Assembly (NCBI RefSeq): GCF_963506605.1
Contig: NC_083280.1
Coordinates: forward strand, 81,964,001-82,028,000
Reading direction: 5' to 3'
Origin: Zootoca vivipara
Lineage: Eukaryota
DNA length: 64,000 bases
A program made the translations under genes and the position numbers. The notes under the pieces are model-generated. The model made no database searches, had not been told where the DNA came from, and saw nothing but the letters and a program-made list of their open reading frames with translations. Below are positions 24,366 to 37,680 of the stretch, piece by piece (the stretch's first letter is position 1; each line of letters opens with the position of its first letter).

Positions 24366-25289
24366 ACTGTGAAGCAGCACACATTTTGAGAAATCTAGCT
24401 AGTGACTGCAGCCTCAACACCACCCAGTTCTTCTGTCGTGATCATCATCTTCATCTAAAAGACCCAAGCTGAGAACTGATACAAGAGCCAAGTGTCCATT
24501 TTTTTACCCCGGTTCTACTCCAGGGTGATGGCCAACATCTGTAAAAAGAAAACCTGGCAACCCAACTTGTGTATATCAGGCATCATGTGCTCCATGTTCC
24601 TGCCTTGCAAGATACATTTGCAGTTCCTTTGTTGAGGTCGCTGTCTCTCAAACTGTGTTTACACAAGTGCCAAGGGTGAGTTTTCTTCCATTGAAGCAAG
24701 CTCAATTCAGCTTCCAGCTGTGCGGCAAAAAAGCATTTAAAGGCACACTGGCTAAGAACCAGCTGCTCTTCTTTGCCCGCATTGAATTTCTGTAGATGTA
24801 CTGTGTGCACAACCAACCTCTCTGCATCGCTCTGAATTCCTTCCTCTGGAGCCCTGGTCCTTCTGGGGGAGCTGACTAGAGAGGAGATGCTGCATTTCGG
24901 CAAGAAGGCCATTTCTCCAGATTAATCCCTCCACTTTTACCCAGCGCAGAACAAGTAGATTTTCTCCCTCTTGCTCCCTAAACAATCTCTACCCTCCCAA
25001 GAATCTCTCCTACCCTCTCATTTCTGTTTTGGATTGCTACACTGTTAAGGTACATTGAACCCACTATTGCTAGAAAAGAGCAAGGGGAAGTCACTGTTCA
25101 ACAGGTTCCCTTTCCACTCTCTTTTCCAACCCTGGAAAACAAATGTGGAGGGTAAGAAATGAATGAGAAAGCATATGCGCACGTGCACACACACCACACT
25201 CTCAAGTCAGTAGCTCCAAATCCATGCATGCTTAGAACTATGGATCAGACCAAGCGTATATATAGTCTAGGGTTGTGTAGTTTTGAAGA

Positions 25290-25545
25290 GCATTTGGCTG
25301 GGACTGAAGTGGTCCCAAGTTCAACTCCCACTCAGCCATGACCTTGGACCAGGTCATTCCCTTTCACCCTCAAAGGGTTGTTGTGAGTATAGATTTTGGC
25401 AAGGTGGGCAAGAACCATGTATTATTATTTACTATCAATAATAACAAGAACAATATTTCAATTTATTACTTACTCTTCACGATAAGGTCACCCTGAGAAT
25501 CTCAGAGGAAGAGCAGGCTATAAATGTAATAAATAAATGCATAAA
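25290..25545 (+). mobile_element. MIR/CORE-like SINE
   Basis: GGTCCCAAGTTCAACTCCCACTCAGCCATG...GGGTTGTTGTGAG...TATAAATGTAATAAATAAA. Confidence 0.55.
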
Positions 25546-25609
25546 TAGTTCAGCAATTTTCAGCCAAAAAGATGACCCTGGAAAGCTCACAAGGAGAATA
25601 AGACGAGAG

Positions 25610-25820
25610 AAAGCCATTCCTTCTTGCTTGTGCTCAGCATTTGATAAAAGTATAGCACCTCCAAATATGAAGGCTGCAGTAAGCAGTCATTACTAATAGC
25701 TGTGGTTCAATCTATCCTCCACAAATTTGCCTAATCCTTGTTTAAAGCAATCTCAGCTAGGTGGTCATCACCATCTCTTGTGGCAATAAACTTAATATTT
25801 AAAATATGCATTATGTGATA
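25610..25820 (-). mobile_element. CR1 3' end fragment
   Basis: ATCCTCCACAAATTTGCCTAATCC...GTGGTCATCACCATCTCTTGTGGC. Confidence 0.6.
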
Positions 25821-26640
25821 ACCAGATGCCGTCTCCTCCTAAGCACCCCTTAATTTCCTTCCACCTCTCCCAGATTTATAGTCCAGTGAAGAGTGTGGGA
25901 GGGCTGAGTTTGCAGAAAAAATAAAGGATAAGAGCCCCTGGATAATCAGTGGCTTTGACTCATTTATGTTACAGGTTAGGAGACAGACCTATTCAAGCAA
26001 TTACATTACTCAATATCCAAAAGCGCTTTTAAAAAAATCACAACAACTAACAATGACCAAGCAATTTGAACAAAAATACATGTTTGTTAATTGAGAAAAG
26101 CTTCAACTCGAGGTATTTTATCATCAGTACTGTATATGACACACTAATGTGCCTTACGTTTTGAGTGCGAGGTTATTAGTATGCCTGTGCCTATGAATGG
26201 AAAACTCAGGCTTCGGAAATGGTAACTTGCCCCCATGAGATAACTCGCTGGCAGGGAATGGTAGAATTTGAATCCAGGGGTACCTGATCTAATGCACTGT
26301 CTACTAGACCTCCTTCGACCATAGAAAAACCACCACCACCATGGGTAATCCTGTTCATGTCAAACACTGCATCCTTTAATTCATATGTGCGCATCCATAC
26401 ATAATGACTGTGTGAAGCAACTCCATGAGACAATATGGAAATTCTGTGGTATTTGACCTGTGATGACTCATTCACACATGGAAGCTGTTGAGTGATGATC
26501 AGGGATGTGTCAACAGACCCCTAACAGGACTATACTGCAGACATTCGAAACCATAGTGAGTACCTCCAGGCAGCCAGCACTGCTTGCAGACCTTCAAGCA
26601 GAGATTGGGCAGCCATTGATCTCTTGGGGATGCTCTAGCT

Positions 26641-26775
26641 CAGGCATCCCCAAACTTTGGCCCTCCAGATGTTTTGGACTACAATTCCCATCTTCCCCGA
26701 CCACTGGTCCTGTTAGCTAGGGATCATGGGATTATAGGCCAAAACATCTGGAGGGCCGCAGTTTGGGGATGCCTG
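26641..26775. mobile_element. hAT (Charlie-like) MITE, about 135 bp
   Basis: TIRs CAGGCATCCCCAAACT; perfect 8-bp TSD CTCTAGCT. Confidence 0.95.
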
Positions 26776-27703
26776 CTCTAGCTCCTGCATCAAAGCTTCC
26801 TGGTTATGTTTATTTGAGGAAAAATAAACTACTATCCCCATTTTGGACATAAACACTAAGCTGGAGAACATGGTCCCATTGCTCCTTTGCTGTCGCCATC
26901 ACCTTGTTCGTGACAATTTTTTTAAATGGACATCAACGTAATACTAAGTGTTAAATATGACAAAGTCATGTTGCACATATCTATATTGTAAGGTACACTT
27001 CTCCTGGAGTCATGGTGGGATGCATCTTTTTGATGGATGGTTGTATACATAGGAAGAAATCCAGGTTTGCCTCTGTGGAATCTCTGAAATGGACCTCTGC
27101 TGGATAATATTTCAAAATTCCTAGCACCTAAAGATTTTCAGTATCTGCTTACTCCACAAACCAAGTGTTGTTGCAGCAATTACATTACAGCAGATGTTAG
27201 TAGCAACTCCCCTGGTTTTAAAAAAAACCCAAAAACCCAAACTTTGATATATAAAAAGGTTTTAATCACACATTGTGAGAACAAAAATAACACCCTCCTT
27301 TTAAACAACAGTGAGATTTGACTTCATTCAATCCATGTTTTCAATTCAAGAATTTCTGAAACATCTTAAATGAAATATTTGCCAAGAGCAAGTTCTTTCT
27401 ATTTCTTCAGCCAAGACAGGTGCATCTGAAAGTTAGGTGCTTATCTAAAAAGCATTCTTTGTCTTTTAAGAATATATCTGAAGCCACTTAACAATCCCTG
27501 TTGGGGAGGGGGAACAGAAAAAAATAAAATCCTTCCAAAAGTGAACGTTTAAATGTAAGCAATAAAGTTGTGCACCTGAAAAATTGCATCCCACACTCAT
27601 CCCCAAAAGGTGCTCTCAATTTCTCACACTGTATCACAACAGAATAATTAAGATGTGCAACAAAAATTCAGCAATAGATTCAGCAAGCTTTCTGACCATA
27701 CTT

Positions 27704-27844
27704 NNNNNNNNNNNNNNNNNNNNNNNNNNNNNNNNNNNNNNNNNNNNNNNNNNNNNNNNNNNNNNNNNNNNNNNNNNNNNNNNNNNNNNNNNNNNNNNNN
27801 NNNNNNNNNNNNNNNNNNNNNNNNNNNNNNNNNNNNNNNNNNNN
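27704..27844. other. Assembly gap
   Basis: Run of N. Confidence 1.
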
Positions 27845-29399
27845 GGGAACAAACAGTGTTAGAAACTCAAGATATATAAGCTAGGCACCAAATGTCTCCT
27901 TAAACCAAGATTACAGTCGCCAAAACAGAATGCCTAGTTGCCATTTTTGGGCAAGACAGTTCTAAAGTCTTGTTTTTCAAATGATGGACTGGCTGTGATT
28001 GATTCTCAGTTAAACATCTGGCTAGTTCAGATGTCAGCCTTAAGCTAGGTTAAGAACATTGTGAACTTAAAAGAAGAAAGTTCCCTTTATCCAGGGACAG
28101 TTCACCTATATACTGGCCTATTCCTACAGGATGTGATATGAGTGTGTGAAAACAGTCCAGATCCAATGATCCTCAGGCATGCACCTCCAAATGGTGGAGA
28201 TGTCAGGCACCATCCTGGCACCCAGGCATCTTCACTTGGTTGCAAGTGGCCAATAGCCAGGTACAAAATGCGCCTGGCAAATTTCAAACACTGGGAACAA
28301 AACACTGCACTGTGTTAACCACTCCACTCCATAGGTGGCTCTCTTGCTTCCTTCCTCGCTCCTCGCTGCCTAAGCTCCAGAGCATCACAGTCATGAGCCC
28401 CAATGTGGTAAGTCACGTGACAGAAAAGGAGGCTGGGCATAGTGGGGAAAACAATTCCCTAATCAACTTTGTCACACCCTGATTTTGATGCCTTGATCTT
28501 CAGCTCCCATGCTGTCTGGCTGAAAAATGGATAGAAGGAAGTCATTAACTCTGCTTCCTTGTACAATGGCCCTTTACTCACCCTTCAGAACAACTAGGGT
28601 GAACCCAATACCCATCCTTATCTACTTGTGTCACTTCCCCTAAGTCTGACCCTCTAGCAGCCCCTCCCTCAAAAATTAGCATTCAGCTCTCTGTTACTTC
28701 TTTTCACAAAGATCAAGGCTATGTGCAGGTTGCAATTCTGGAGTAGTGCAGAAGTTGGCACACAGCGCAAAACTGAACATAGATTTCAGCTTCCTGGGAA
28801 TCTTAGCTGTCATTTCTTTTCAGAAAAAGAGCAAGTTTCTGAACTTTATGGTAGTTAAGTTATGCGTCTCTTGAAAATTTGTGTGAGTAGCGCCTGCTGA
28901 AATCTCAGAAGCCAGAATAATGGCTATCCCCCCACTCCAGTGGTTGGGAGAGGGCTTTCAGGGCCCTTGATGTTCCCCCCACGACTGGCAAAGTCAGAAC
29001 TAACCTGGATGCAAAACAGCAGAAATGGAGGAATGCATTATGCAAAGTTAAGAGACATTATACAAAATGTGCTTGATTTGTATAATTTATACAGGGCACA
29101 GAGTTCAGGTTAAGTTTATATTGCCTGGAATTAGAATTTTAAATTTATAGCGCAGACTACACACAGCCCATGACTAAGATGGAGCCAGGGATGCAGAGCC
29201 CTCTCCATCTGCAGCAGGAGGGCTGCCCCAGGCACGTACCTAGGCAATGTCAAGGCCATGTTCATTCCCTGCTTAGCATTTAAGCACTGACATTTCTTCT
29301 TTACTCTTGACGTTTCTGTTTCAGGAGCAATAAGGGGAGGGCACCAATATTATTTGCTCTTTCCCAGCCACAACTGCACCCTGACCAAATAATTGAAAT

Positions 29400-29540
29400 G
29401 CTGGGACAGGGGGACCTGTGGCCTTCAAGATGCTGTTTGGCTTCTTCACCCATCATTCTTTGCTCATTGGCCATGCTGGCTGGGGCTGATGCAAGCTGAA
29501 GTCCAGCGACATCTCAAAGGCCGCAGGTTTCCCACCCCTA
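29400..29540. mobile_element. Older hAT MITE relative
   Basis: CCTGTGGCCTTCAAGATG...TGGCCATGCTGGCTGGGGCTGATG...GGCCGCAGGTTTCCCACCCCT. Confidence 0.55.
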
Positions 29541-30880
29541 CAACGGAGCTTGCTTAGATGTTCCTGGTGGTTTGTGCCCAGACAGCAGAACAAAACACCA
29601 ATACACACACACAGAGAGGGGGGGGAGCTGTTTTAAAGGCAGCTGAAAACAATCCATAATTGCCCCAACTGCTGAGAACTGTTTTCTCCCAACTTCCTGG
29701 ACAATAACCTGAAATAAGTTTTCAAATGAAAAAGAGCCTCGATTTAGTCAATGCACCTAATAGAAAGGAAACGCCACCATTAAATGCACCATGAGTAAAA
29801 ATGAAAGTCCATAATCCTGTAGGCACACCACATCGAGCCCCAAAGCGACTGCACTTCTCTTAATTGCCTAGCCGTGACTGGCTGTGCGATGGGGAAAGTC
29901 ACCTACATGCGCAGGGAAAGGTGGTTTCTGAACAGATCAGAAGCTGGAGCAATAATTCTTACCTGGAAAGTGCTGTTTGCAGCTGCTCCACGATTTGTCA
30001 GCACACACACCGCTCTCTCCTCATGATTTATGATGTTCTATCCAGCACTGAACCTTCTATTACTATTCTCATTTATTGCCTGCAGCTGTCACTCTTATCG
30101 GCAATTCCACAGTTGGTTTTGTAGGTGGAAAATCAAAAAGGTATTTAGAGCACACACCCAGAGACACCGTTTTAATCAAACCAAATCGGCAGGCTGCATT
30201 AAGTGGTGTGAAGGACTTGGAGAGTGCAGCCACAAATTTGGGCAGACATTAAATGCAAGCACAGCAGCCAAGACTGTGCAGCCTCGGCCTGGAAGTGCCC
30301 AATTCAAAACTTGTTAGGCGGCCTTAGGCAAGCCACAACAACCACTCCACCAAGGGATCCATCAGAAAGGAAACAATGCTGGTCTGGGCTTACAGAGCTG
30401 TTTTAATGATTACTGGGGAAATGCTATATAAATACAGCTAAAGATCTCCATCAAACAACACTATACACACTTCAATGTGCAAAAAGAGCAAGAGCTTTTC
30501 CTGTGTCATGTAGATCTAAAAGGAAGTGCTTTACTCATCTGAAGTCTATTAATATTGATAATAAAATTTCAATAGCTTCTCCTGTAACTATCGTTGCACT
30601 GAGATTCTCTCTAGCTATAAAAAAGCACAGTGCATTTGCAACTGTTTCCATATCCCTAAAACGGCTACAGAAAAGCAGGTTGCTAAGAACTGCCATTTCC
30701 CCAAGCCTAACAGCAGCATCAAAAAGCAACTTAAACAAGCCCACCTGGGGAACAGGCCACCCAAGAAAATCACAGCAGCCAATAAGGATTTGAGCCTATG
30801 ATTCCCTGGCTTTGGTGTTGTGGGTGGGCAAGCGACGTTCCACAAGGAATGCATGCAAAGAGATATCGTGGCACACCTGG

Positions 30881-30959
30881 GGAGGAGGAGGAGGAGGAGG
30901 AGGAGGAGGAGGAGGAGGAGGAGGAGGAGGAGGAGGAGGAGGAGGAGGAGGAGGAGGAG
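30881..30959. repeat. (GGA)n microsatellite
   Basis: Perfect run; explains the poly-E/G/S ORFs. Confidence 0.98.
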
Positions 30960-31091
30960 CCCATGACTGCCCTCAGCATGGAGTCAGGCCTAGGGCTGCC
31001 ATACATCTGGATTTTCTGGTGCTTAGCCCAAGCATCCTTGCTTCTTCTGTGGGACATCAATCCTTGCTCCCTGGAGGCAAACACTTTATAC

Positions 31092-31227
31092 CAGGCATCC
31101 CCAAACTGCGGCCCTCCAGATGTTTTCGCCTACAACTCCCATGATCCCTAGCTAACAGGACCAGTGGTCGGGGAAGATGGGAATTGTAGTCCAAAACACC
31201 TGGAGGGCCGAAGTTTGGGGGTGCCTG
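31092..31227. mobile_element. hAT MITE (same family as 26641, opposite orientation)
   Basis: TIRs present; TSD CTTTATAC/CCTTATAC. Confidence 0.93.
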
Positions 31228-34200
31228 CCTTATACTGTATTACTTTAATGGCCTCACAATCTTATTCAAGATATACTAAGCGCTGTAATCAGTGGCTTGG
31301 TCCATGCATAAAGTTTAACCATTGCTTAGCATTCTGCACAGGAGCTGAAAGGAGCCACCACAAAACTGGTCATGCAGAAGGAGGAGAGGGGAATGAGGAA
31401 CATGTGAGGAGAGCTTTGGCAAAGTTTAGTTTCATTTCCCCGGAAGCCCAGCTTGTCGTTTGGTTTCAAACAAACTCTGGTTACTTAAACAAGCCCACTT
31501 CATAAACCATGGTTTGACGATGGCTTGCTGAGAAGCAAAACAGAGTGCCTTTTAAACCAGAATTTCTGGTTTGTATGCACCAACAAGCCAAGTTTCATGG
31601 AAAGTGAAATTTAACTCTGCTGAAGTTATCCTTCCAGCTGCGTGACGAGAAGGGAAGGGGGAGCATCTGAGCCCAAGACTCACAGTGGCTCCTTTGCACA
31701 CGAAACACTAAACCATTAGCTTTACATGCTAACAGTCAGTGTGTCTTCATTTCCTCTTAATTACTAATCTTTGCTATACTATCATATGCATTCCTCCTGT
31801 TTGTTGCCTGCATCTTCATTTCAAAAATAACGTTTTGTGATAAATATTTTGCCACAGTGAAATCCTAAGCATGTTCACTCAGAAATCAGTCTTGCTGTGT
31901 TCAGTGCATCTTACTCTCAAGGACACACACATAGGATTACATGGCCTTCTGCTTAAATGTTGACCAAAAGTTGTTTTAAAATAAATAATGTAAATTAACA
32001 CAGCACTAGAATGTGCTTGGCGAGTTTCTTGTGCTCCTTACTCTAGTTACTTAAAAACAACAAAAAGAGAATCACAAACACCTGCCAATCATTACATTAA
32101 ACTAATATGGGTGTAGGAGGACTTCAATATTGCCAATTTGACGGCAGGGAAAAAAAATCATATTTCAAACTAGACTCAGAGAGAAATACAATTTAACCCG
32201 TGAGTACAACAAATTCTAACTTTATTCCCTACTTTGCAGCCTATTGCATTTACAGTTTAAATTGACACAATTTTGCTATACTTCTCGAGTGTGTGCATGG
32301 CAAAAGACCAGGCTACTAGCCACATTCATTATGAATCCAAAGCAATTATTAATTTTTTAAGGCATTTAATCTAATATTCCATATTAAAGTTAAAATATTA
32401 CAAATTGTTACATCACTAAGGGTGAACAAGAGAGATGAAGGGACAGAAAAATCCAGGCTGGTGTGGGTGTTCCCCAGCAACAACACCATCTGCCACCCAA
32501 GCCCTCACGTCTCTGCAACTAAATAAAACTAAAATGCACCACATTCATGAATGCACTGCTAAGCAAAATGGGCTTCTGAAATCAGGTTTACTCCACAGCC
32601 AAATGCACAAACAGAAGCCAAGTAAACTCCCTATATTTGAGGCCATGTGAAAATTCTGCTTGTGGCAGCCCATTAATGCAGGATGGCCATCTCTGGAACA
32701 TAATTTGTGAAATGGCCCTTAGTTTCATACTGAGGGGTTTCAGGGTTAACTTAGGAACATGACAGAGGGGACCCTTGAGGTGGGAGCAAGGGAGTTCCAA
32801 GCATTTTGGCTTCTGGGGTGAGAGCAAATAAGGCTGCTTTAGCCAGTCGCATTAACAAAGAGACAGGTCCTTGCCCCAAGAAGCTCACAATCTCTCAAGC
32901 AGAAGCAAGACAGGGCTAAAGCCTTGAAATGAAGGGCACCCATTCATTCTGGCCCAACCGTATTGTGGAGAACCTCACACAAGACAACGTTTTAGTCTCA
33001 AAATAAGCACTAAACATGGAGATTTCATTAGAGCATCATGGGGAATTCATTTAGAATGTGTCACATCACAGTAAAGATCAATCTTCATTAGACAATTAAC
33101 ACACTTATTAGGTTGCAAGTGGAGTGATGATATCGTCACAAGCTAGACGAAGAACTGCAGAGCAGTCAAAAGACAAAATGGAAAGCAGCTGCTGCCGCAG
33201 CCAAAGTTACTAACGGCTAAATTCTGAGTTCACTTTGTATTTCGAGAAGGGAAGTGGTCACAAAATGGCTGGAGAGTCATAACTCGGAAATTTTATTTAT
33301 TTATTGTAATTTATCACATAGGCCTATGTGTGGACTTCAAGCCCATTTTTGCAGGAACTGCTTTCCATAAAAATGATGTCAGAACTGAAATGGCCTTCAG
33401 AAGCTTATCGCTGACTTTTTGAACCATACCCATGCTTTGCTGTTCTGCTTCTTATGTAATATAGTAAGCTATCTGTTGTTGTTCTTTTGTTTGTTTTTTA
33501 AGCTTTATTCATTATTCTATTTAGTTCTGATGTCATACACATAAGAATTAAGATTACCCAAGCAATAGAAACCATCTTTCTATAAGAAACTATCCTTCAT
33601 CATTCTGAAGGATAGCACATTTGACAGCAAAGCAAGATCATGGCAGTGCATCTTAAACTCAGCAAGTTCACAGGCCTCTCTGAAATATGGTACAGTATTG
33701 TGTATACTAACGCTACACATGTATGTGGTCAGGGACTGTGCTTTCACAGAACTGGCTGCTTCAGATACAGTGCCAAACCATATTTTAGCATTACAGGAAT
33801 GGGCCTGCTCTATCCTCAGCGTTTCCCCTCTGCCTGCAACACACACTAGGAGGAAGAGAAGACTGAAAGCATCATTCCAAGGTCTAAACTAAACTAGGTT
33901 CGTTGCTATATCCAACAAGTACAAAATGCATTTAAACTACTGTTCACTCAAACAAGCCAAGATCAACCTGTGGTTTCTAACACTGGTTTGTTCTTATTTT
34001 AATAAGCCACCATAAACCAGTCAGCTCCCAAGTTAAGACACAACAACAAATAGCAGTTAAATTAAAAGAGGAAGCAGGTGCTTCCAATCTCCTCCTCTAG
34101 CACATGCCATAGTTTAGCATTACATCTGAACAGGGTCATGCAAGCCTGTCCATTTAGATATTATGCAGGTGTGCATATGGCAGGTCTTGCCACCGTGATT

Positions 34201-34680
34201 CTATGAGCATTGGATTGTGTGAAAAGATGGTCAAAAATCTAGGAACATGCATGTTCAATCATCATTAATTAATTCAGTATATCACTCATTCACCTCAAAG
34301 TTAAAAAAATAAGCAGTGAACAATAAATTTGCATATTTCCTCCTCTCCACATCAGCAGCTCATTTGTGCCACTTAACTGAGCTCAGTTGGCATATCTGAC
34401 TGTTATTTTTTTTTAATGAGACGGGATATACATGAGAAATGGGAAATCAGAAAACAACAGAATAGCCGAGTGTCCTGGTGGTTAAGTAAGTGTACCAGCA
34501 GCCAGGTATACAGTCAAAGCACTCTTTTAAAAAATCAATTCCAATTTTTATTCTCACATTATTTCTCATCACAGCAGGGAATGCAACCTCTGTTGCCCCT
34601 TTCTGTTTCATGAACTGTTGAGTAATTTTAAAACCAGGATCAGTGTAGGGTACAGAATAGGCCTGTTTTTCACAGAGGAT

Positions 34681-34770
34681 CATAGCTGCCAAGTTTTCAC
34701 TTTTCTCGCGAGGAAGCCTATTCAGCATAAGGGAAAATCCCTGTAAAAAAGGGATAACTTGGCAGCTATG
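34681..34770. mobile_element. 90-bp hAT MITE
   Basis: 15-bp TIRs CATAGCTGCCAAGTT; perfect TSD CAGAGGAT. Confidence 0.93.
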
Positions 34771-35030
34771 CAGAGGATGCATTGGCAATGCATTACTAAG
34801 CTATGGTTTAGTGTTGTGGGCCTGAACAGAGCCTTGGACTCACATACACTCTGCTCCCCCAGTGCTGAAGAGGACTTTGCCAGAGTTTAGTTTCACATCC
34901 CACTAATCCTGTCTTGGCATATCAGAAGAACCGATCTCCTGGTTTAAGACCAACCACTGACCGTTTCAAAGCATGCCAATTTTAAACTATGGTTTATGAA
35001 GTCAACTTCTTCAGCTGTTCTGTATCAGTA

Positions 35031-35388
35031 AAAAAAGGTAAAGGTAAAGGACCCCTGACAGTTAAGTCCAGTCGCAAACAACTCTGGGGTTGCGGCGCTC
35101 ATCTCACTTTACTGGCTGAGGGAGCCAATGTTTGTCCGCAGTTTTTCCAAGTCATGTAGCCAGCATGACTAAGCAGCTTCTGGCGAAACCAAACCAGAGC
35201 AGTGCACGGAACCGCTGTTTACCTTCCCACCAGAGTGGTACCTTGCACTTTGACGTGCTTTTGAACTGCTAGGTTGGCAGGAGCAGGGACCGAGCAATGG
35301 GAGCTCACCCCGTCACCGGGATTCAAACTTTCAATCGGCAAGCCCTAGGCTCAGTGGTTTAGAGTCCACAGCACCACCCGTGTCCCAC
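35031..35388 (-). mobile_element. Sauria SINE (Squam1), full length
   Basis: (ACCTTT)n tail, tRNA-like head, TSD TCTGTATCAGTA (35019-35030 / 35389-35400). Confidence 0.95.
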
Positions 35389-35479
35389 TCTGTATCAGTA
35401 CATGAGGCCAAAAGGTGAGGAGGAACAGAAGTGTGTGTGTAGAAGCATAGGCCCCACCCACAATCTTCATGTTTTGAAC

Positions 35480-35590
35480 AAGATGAGATTCCTAAGTTCG
35501 TGAGTTGAATCCCCATGCTGGGCAAAAGATCCTGCATTGCAAGTGGTTGGACTAGATGGTCCTCGGGGACTCTACCATTCTATGATTCTA
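35480..35590 (+). mobile_element. tRNA-Lys-headed SINE with CR1-like tail (degraded)
   Basis: GGGCAAAAGATCCTGCATTGC...TTGGACTAGATG...ATTCTATGATTCTA. Confidence 0.65.
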
Positions 35591-35714
35591 AGGTGGCTTT
35601 GGGGCATGTTAGAAACTTTACCACAACCGGAAAATGACTAAAAGTAGTCGACAGGCCCACTTTTCACAAATGTGTCTACCCCATTCCCTTTTAAAGCAGT
35701 CTAGATTTGCTGCC

Positions 35715-36185
35715 TTATCCGCCATATTTGTCTAATCCTATTTTAAAGCCATCCAAATTGGTGGCCATCATTGCATCACCTGGGAGTGAACTCTGTAGTT
35801 TCCCTATGTGTTGAGTGAACAAGCGCCTTCTTTTCTCTTTCCTGAATCTTCCGACATTCAGCTTCATTAATGTCTCCAAGTTCTGCTATTATGAGAGAGT
35901 GAAACCTCTCCCTAACCAGTTTTTCCACACTGTATATAATTTGATACACCTCTGTCAGGTCCCTTCTTATTCACCTTTTGTCTAAACCGAAAAGCCTCAA
36001 ATGTTGCAACCTTTCCACATAGGGAAGTTGCTCCAACTCCTTGTCATTTTGGTTGCCTTTTGCGGAATATTTTCCAGCTCTACAACAATGCAAGGCAACC
36101 AGAACAGCACACAATATTTGAAGTGCATTTGCGCCCTCAATTAGTATAATGGCATTACAAAGTTTTATTTTCAACTCCTTTCCTA
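35715..36185 (-). mobile_element. CR1 LINE 3' fragment
   Basis: Minus translation LEQLPYVERLQHLRLFGLDKR, a CR1 ORF2 motif. Confidence 0.85.
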
Positions 36186-36899
36186 AGGGGGCCTCCGTTA
36201 CTGCACAGCTCTATAATGTCTCTATTTTTCTCTGAAATCTCTCCCCATTCTAGCCCAAGGAAAGCAGAGGTGCTGCTATGTTGGCTCATAAATGATAAAT
36301 TTGCACGTTGTTTCTGAACCAGCTAGGCAGGATTCTCAGCCTTCCCTGGGCTATGCAGTGGTGCAGAGGCTTAGCAGTATCTCAGCACTGAGGCGGCTGA
36401 AGATAGCCTGCAGATAGTTGTTGGGGCCAAAAGTACCGTTTCCCCACACAAGCTCTCAGGAAGGAGCACTGCGAGCCAGTAGTCAAGATGTCCTGGCCTG
36501 TCTTTTTCCAGGAGCCTTTCAACAAGGGTAAGCCATACGTAAGCCTACCTTTGTAAAGCTGAAAGCAAGATTATTTTAACTAGCTGCTTGAACTTACAAC
36601 CAGCATCTACTCACAAGGCTGTGTGGGAAGTTTTAGACAGGTGGGACAGACAGATCAAAGCCAATATCAGAGGCAACAGTGCAAAGGGATCTGTACAGTG
36701 TGCATTGGGTTATCCCAATCCTTGGAGCTTAACTTAAAAGTCACAGAAGCCTTCAGAAAGAAGTAAGCAGCAATCAATGTGCACCAGAATAGAGAGATTA
36801 TATTTTAAGAGGCAGCAGCAAATGGAGGAACATTAAGGGACCTATCACTCAGGCATTATCTGAAAAGAGCTCCTTTGTCAAACCTTGCATAGACCCATC

Positions 36900-37330
36900 A
36901 CATGACCAAGGTCTTATAACTTATGACCCCCGTCATAAATTATTGCAACTGTGTTAGCAACTGGCATCCTTGGGCAGCTGTCAGGGCCTTGGTACATTGG
37001 CAGCGTCCACTGCTAATTCCTGCCCTGGTTGTCCTTTAATTTTTCTTTTCGGGAGGTGGGGAGCACAATGGGCAGTGCTAGGCAACCACAGCTAGCCCCC
37101 ATTTAGTTTCCTCAATGTGGCATTAACTCTGGGGTATTGTCGGAGATTTAATTGGCACCTCGAATTGGCTGCCTGGTGCACTGCTGTCAATAAAATACAC
37201 AAGGCCCACTAAAAAGGGGGACAACAACTAGGAAGTACTTTGCACAGAGCTCTCTAGGACCTAGGGCTACCAGCCAATTAAGTAATTTCTATTGAGTGCC
37301 TGCATTTTAACCAATTAAGCTTTGAACTCT
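36900..37330. promoter_or_regulatory. Candidate Hox/TALE enhancer
   Basis: Inverted pair TTATGAC-cccc-GTCATAA, two CTGTCA, CTGTCAATAAAA, several CCAATTAA/TTAATTGG. Confidence 0.45.
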
Positions 37331-37476
37331 AAGTGTATTGGCTTATATCTCGCATTTTGTTCAGTAAGTTAGCTATCTTCAGATTCTAAGTACAACAGTA
37401 CATGTCAGTAACGAAGTCAACCTCAAAAAACAAGTATACACTTAATGCAATGCCCCCACTGTTCAAAATGTATTCT

Positions 37477-37680
37477 CAGCACATGGAAATGCCGTTTACC
37501 TTCCCACTGTAGCGGTACCTATTTATCTACTGGCACTTTGATGTGCTTTTGAACTGCTAGGTTGGCAGGAGCTGGGACCGAGCAACGGGAGCTCACCCCG
37601 TCACGGGGATTCGAACCGCCGACCTTCTGATCGGCAAGCCCTAGGCTCTGTGGTTTAACCCACAGTGCCACCCGCATCCC
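37477..37680 (-). mobile_element. Sauria SINE 5' half (tail missing)
   Basis: Nearly identical to 57119-57316 but stops abruptly at 37477. Confidence 0.93.

Noticed and set aside
24583-24912. 109-aa ATG-initiated minus ORF
   Set aside because: No homology recognised and no exon boundaries.
30770-31151. Poly-E/G/S ORFs (also 61452-61844, 9604-9786, 44682-44959)
   Set aside because: Translations of microsatellites; no splice or domain support.
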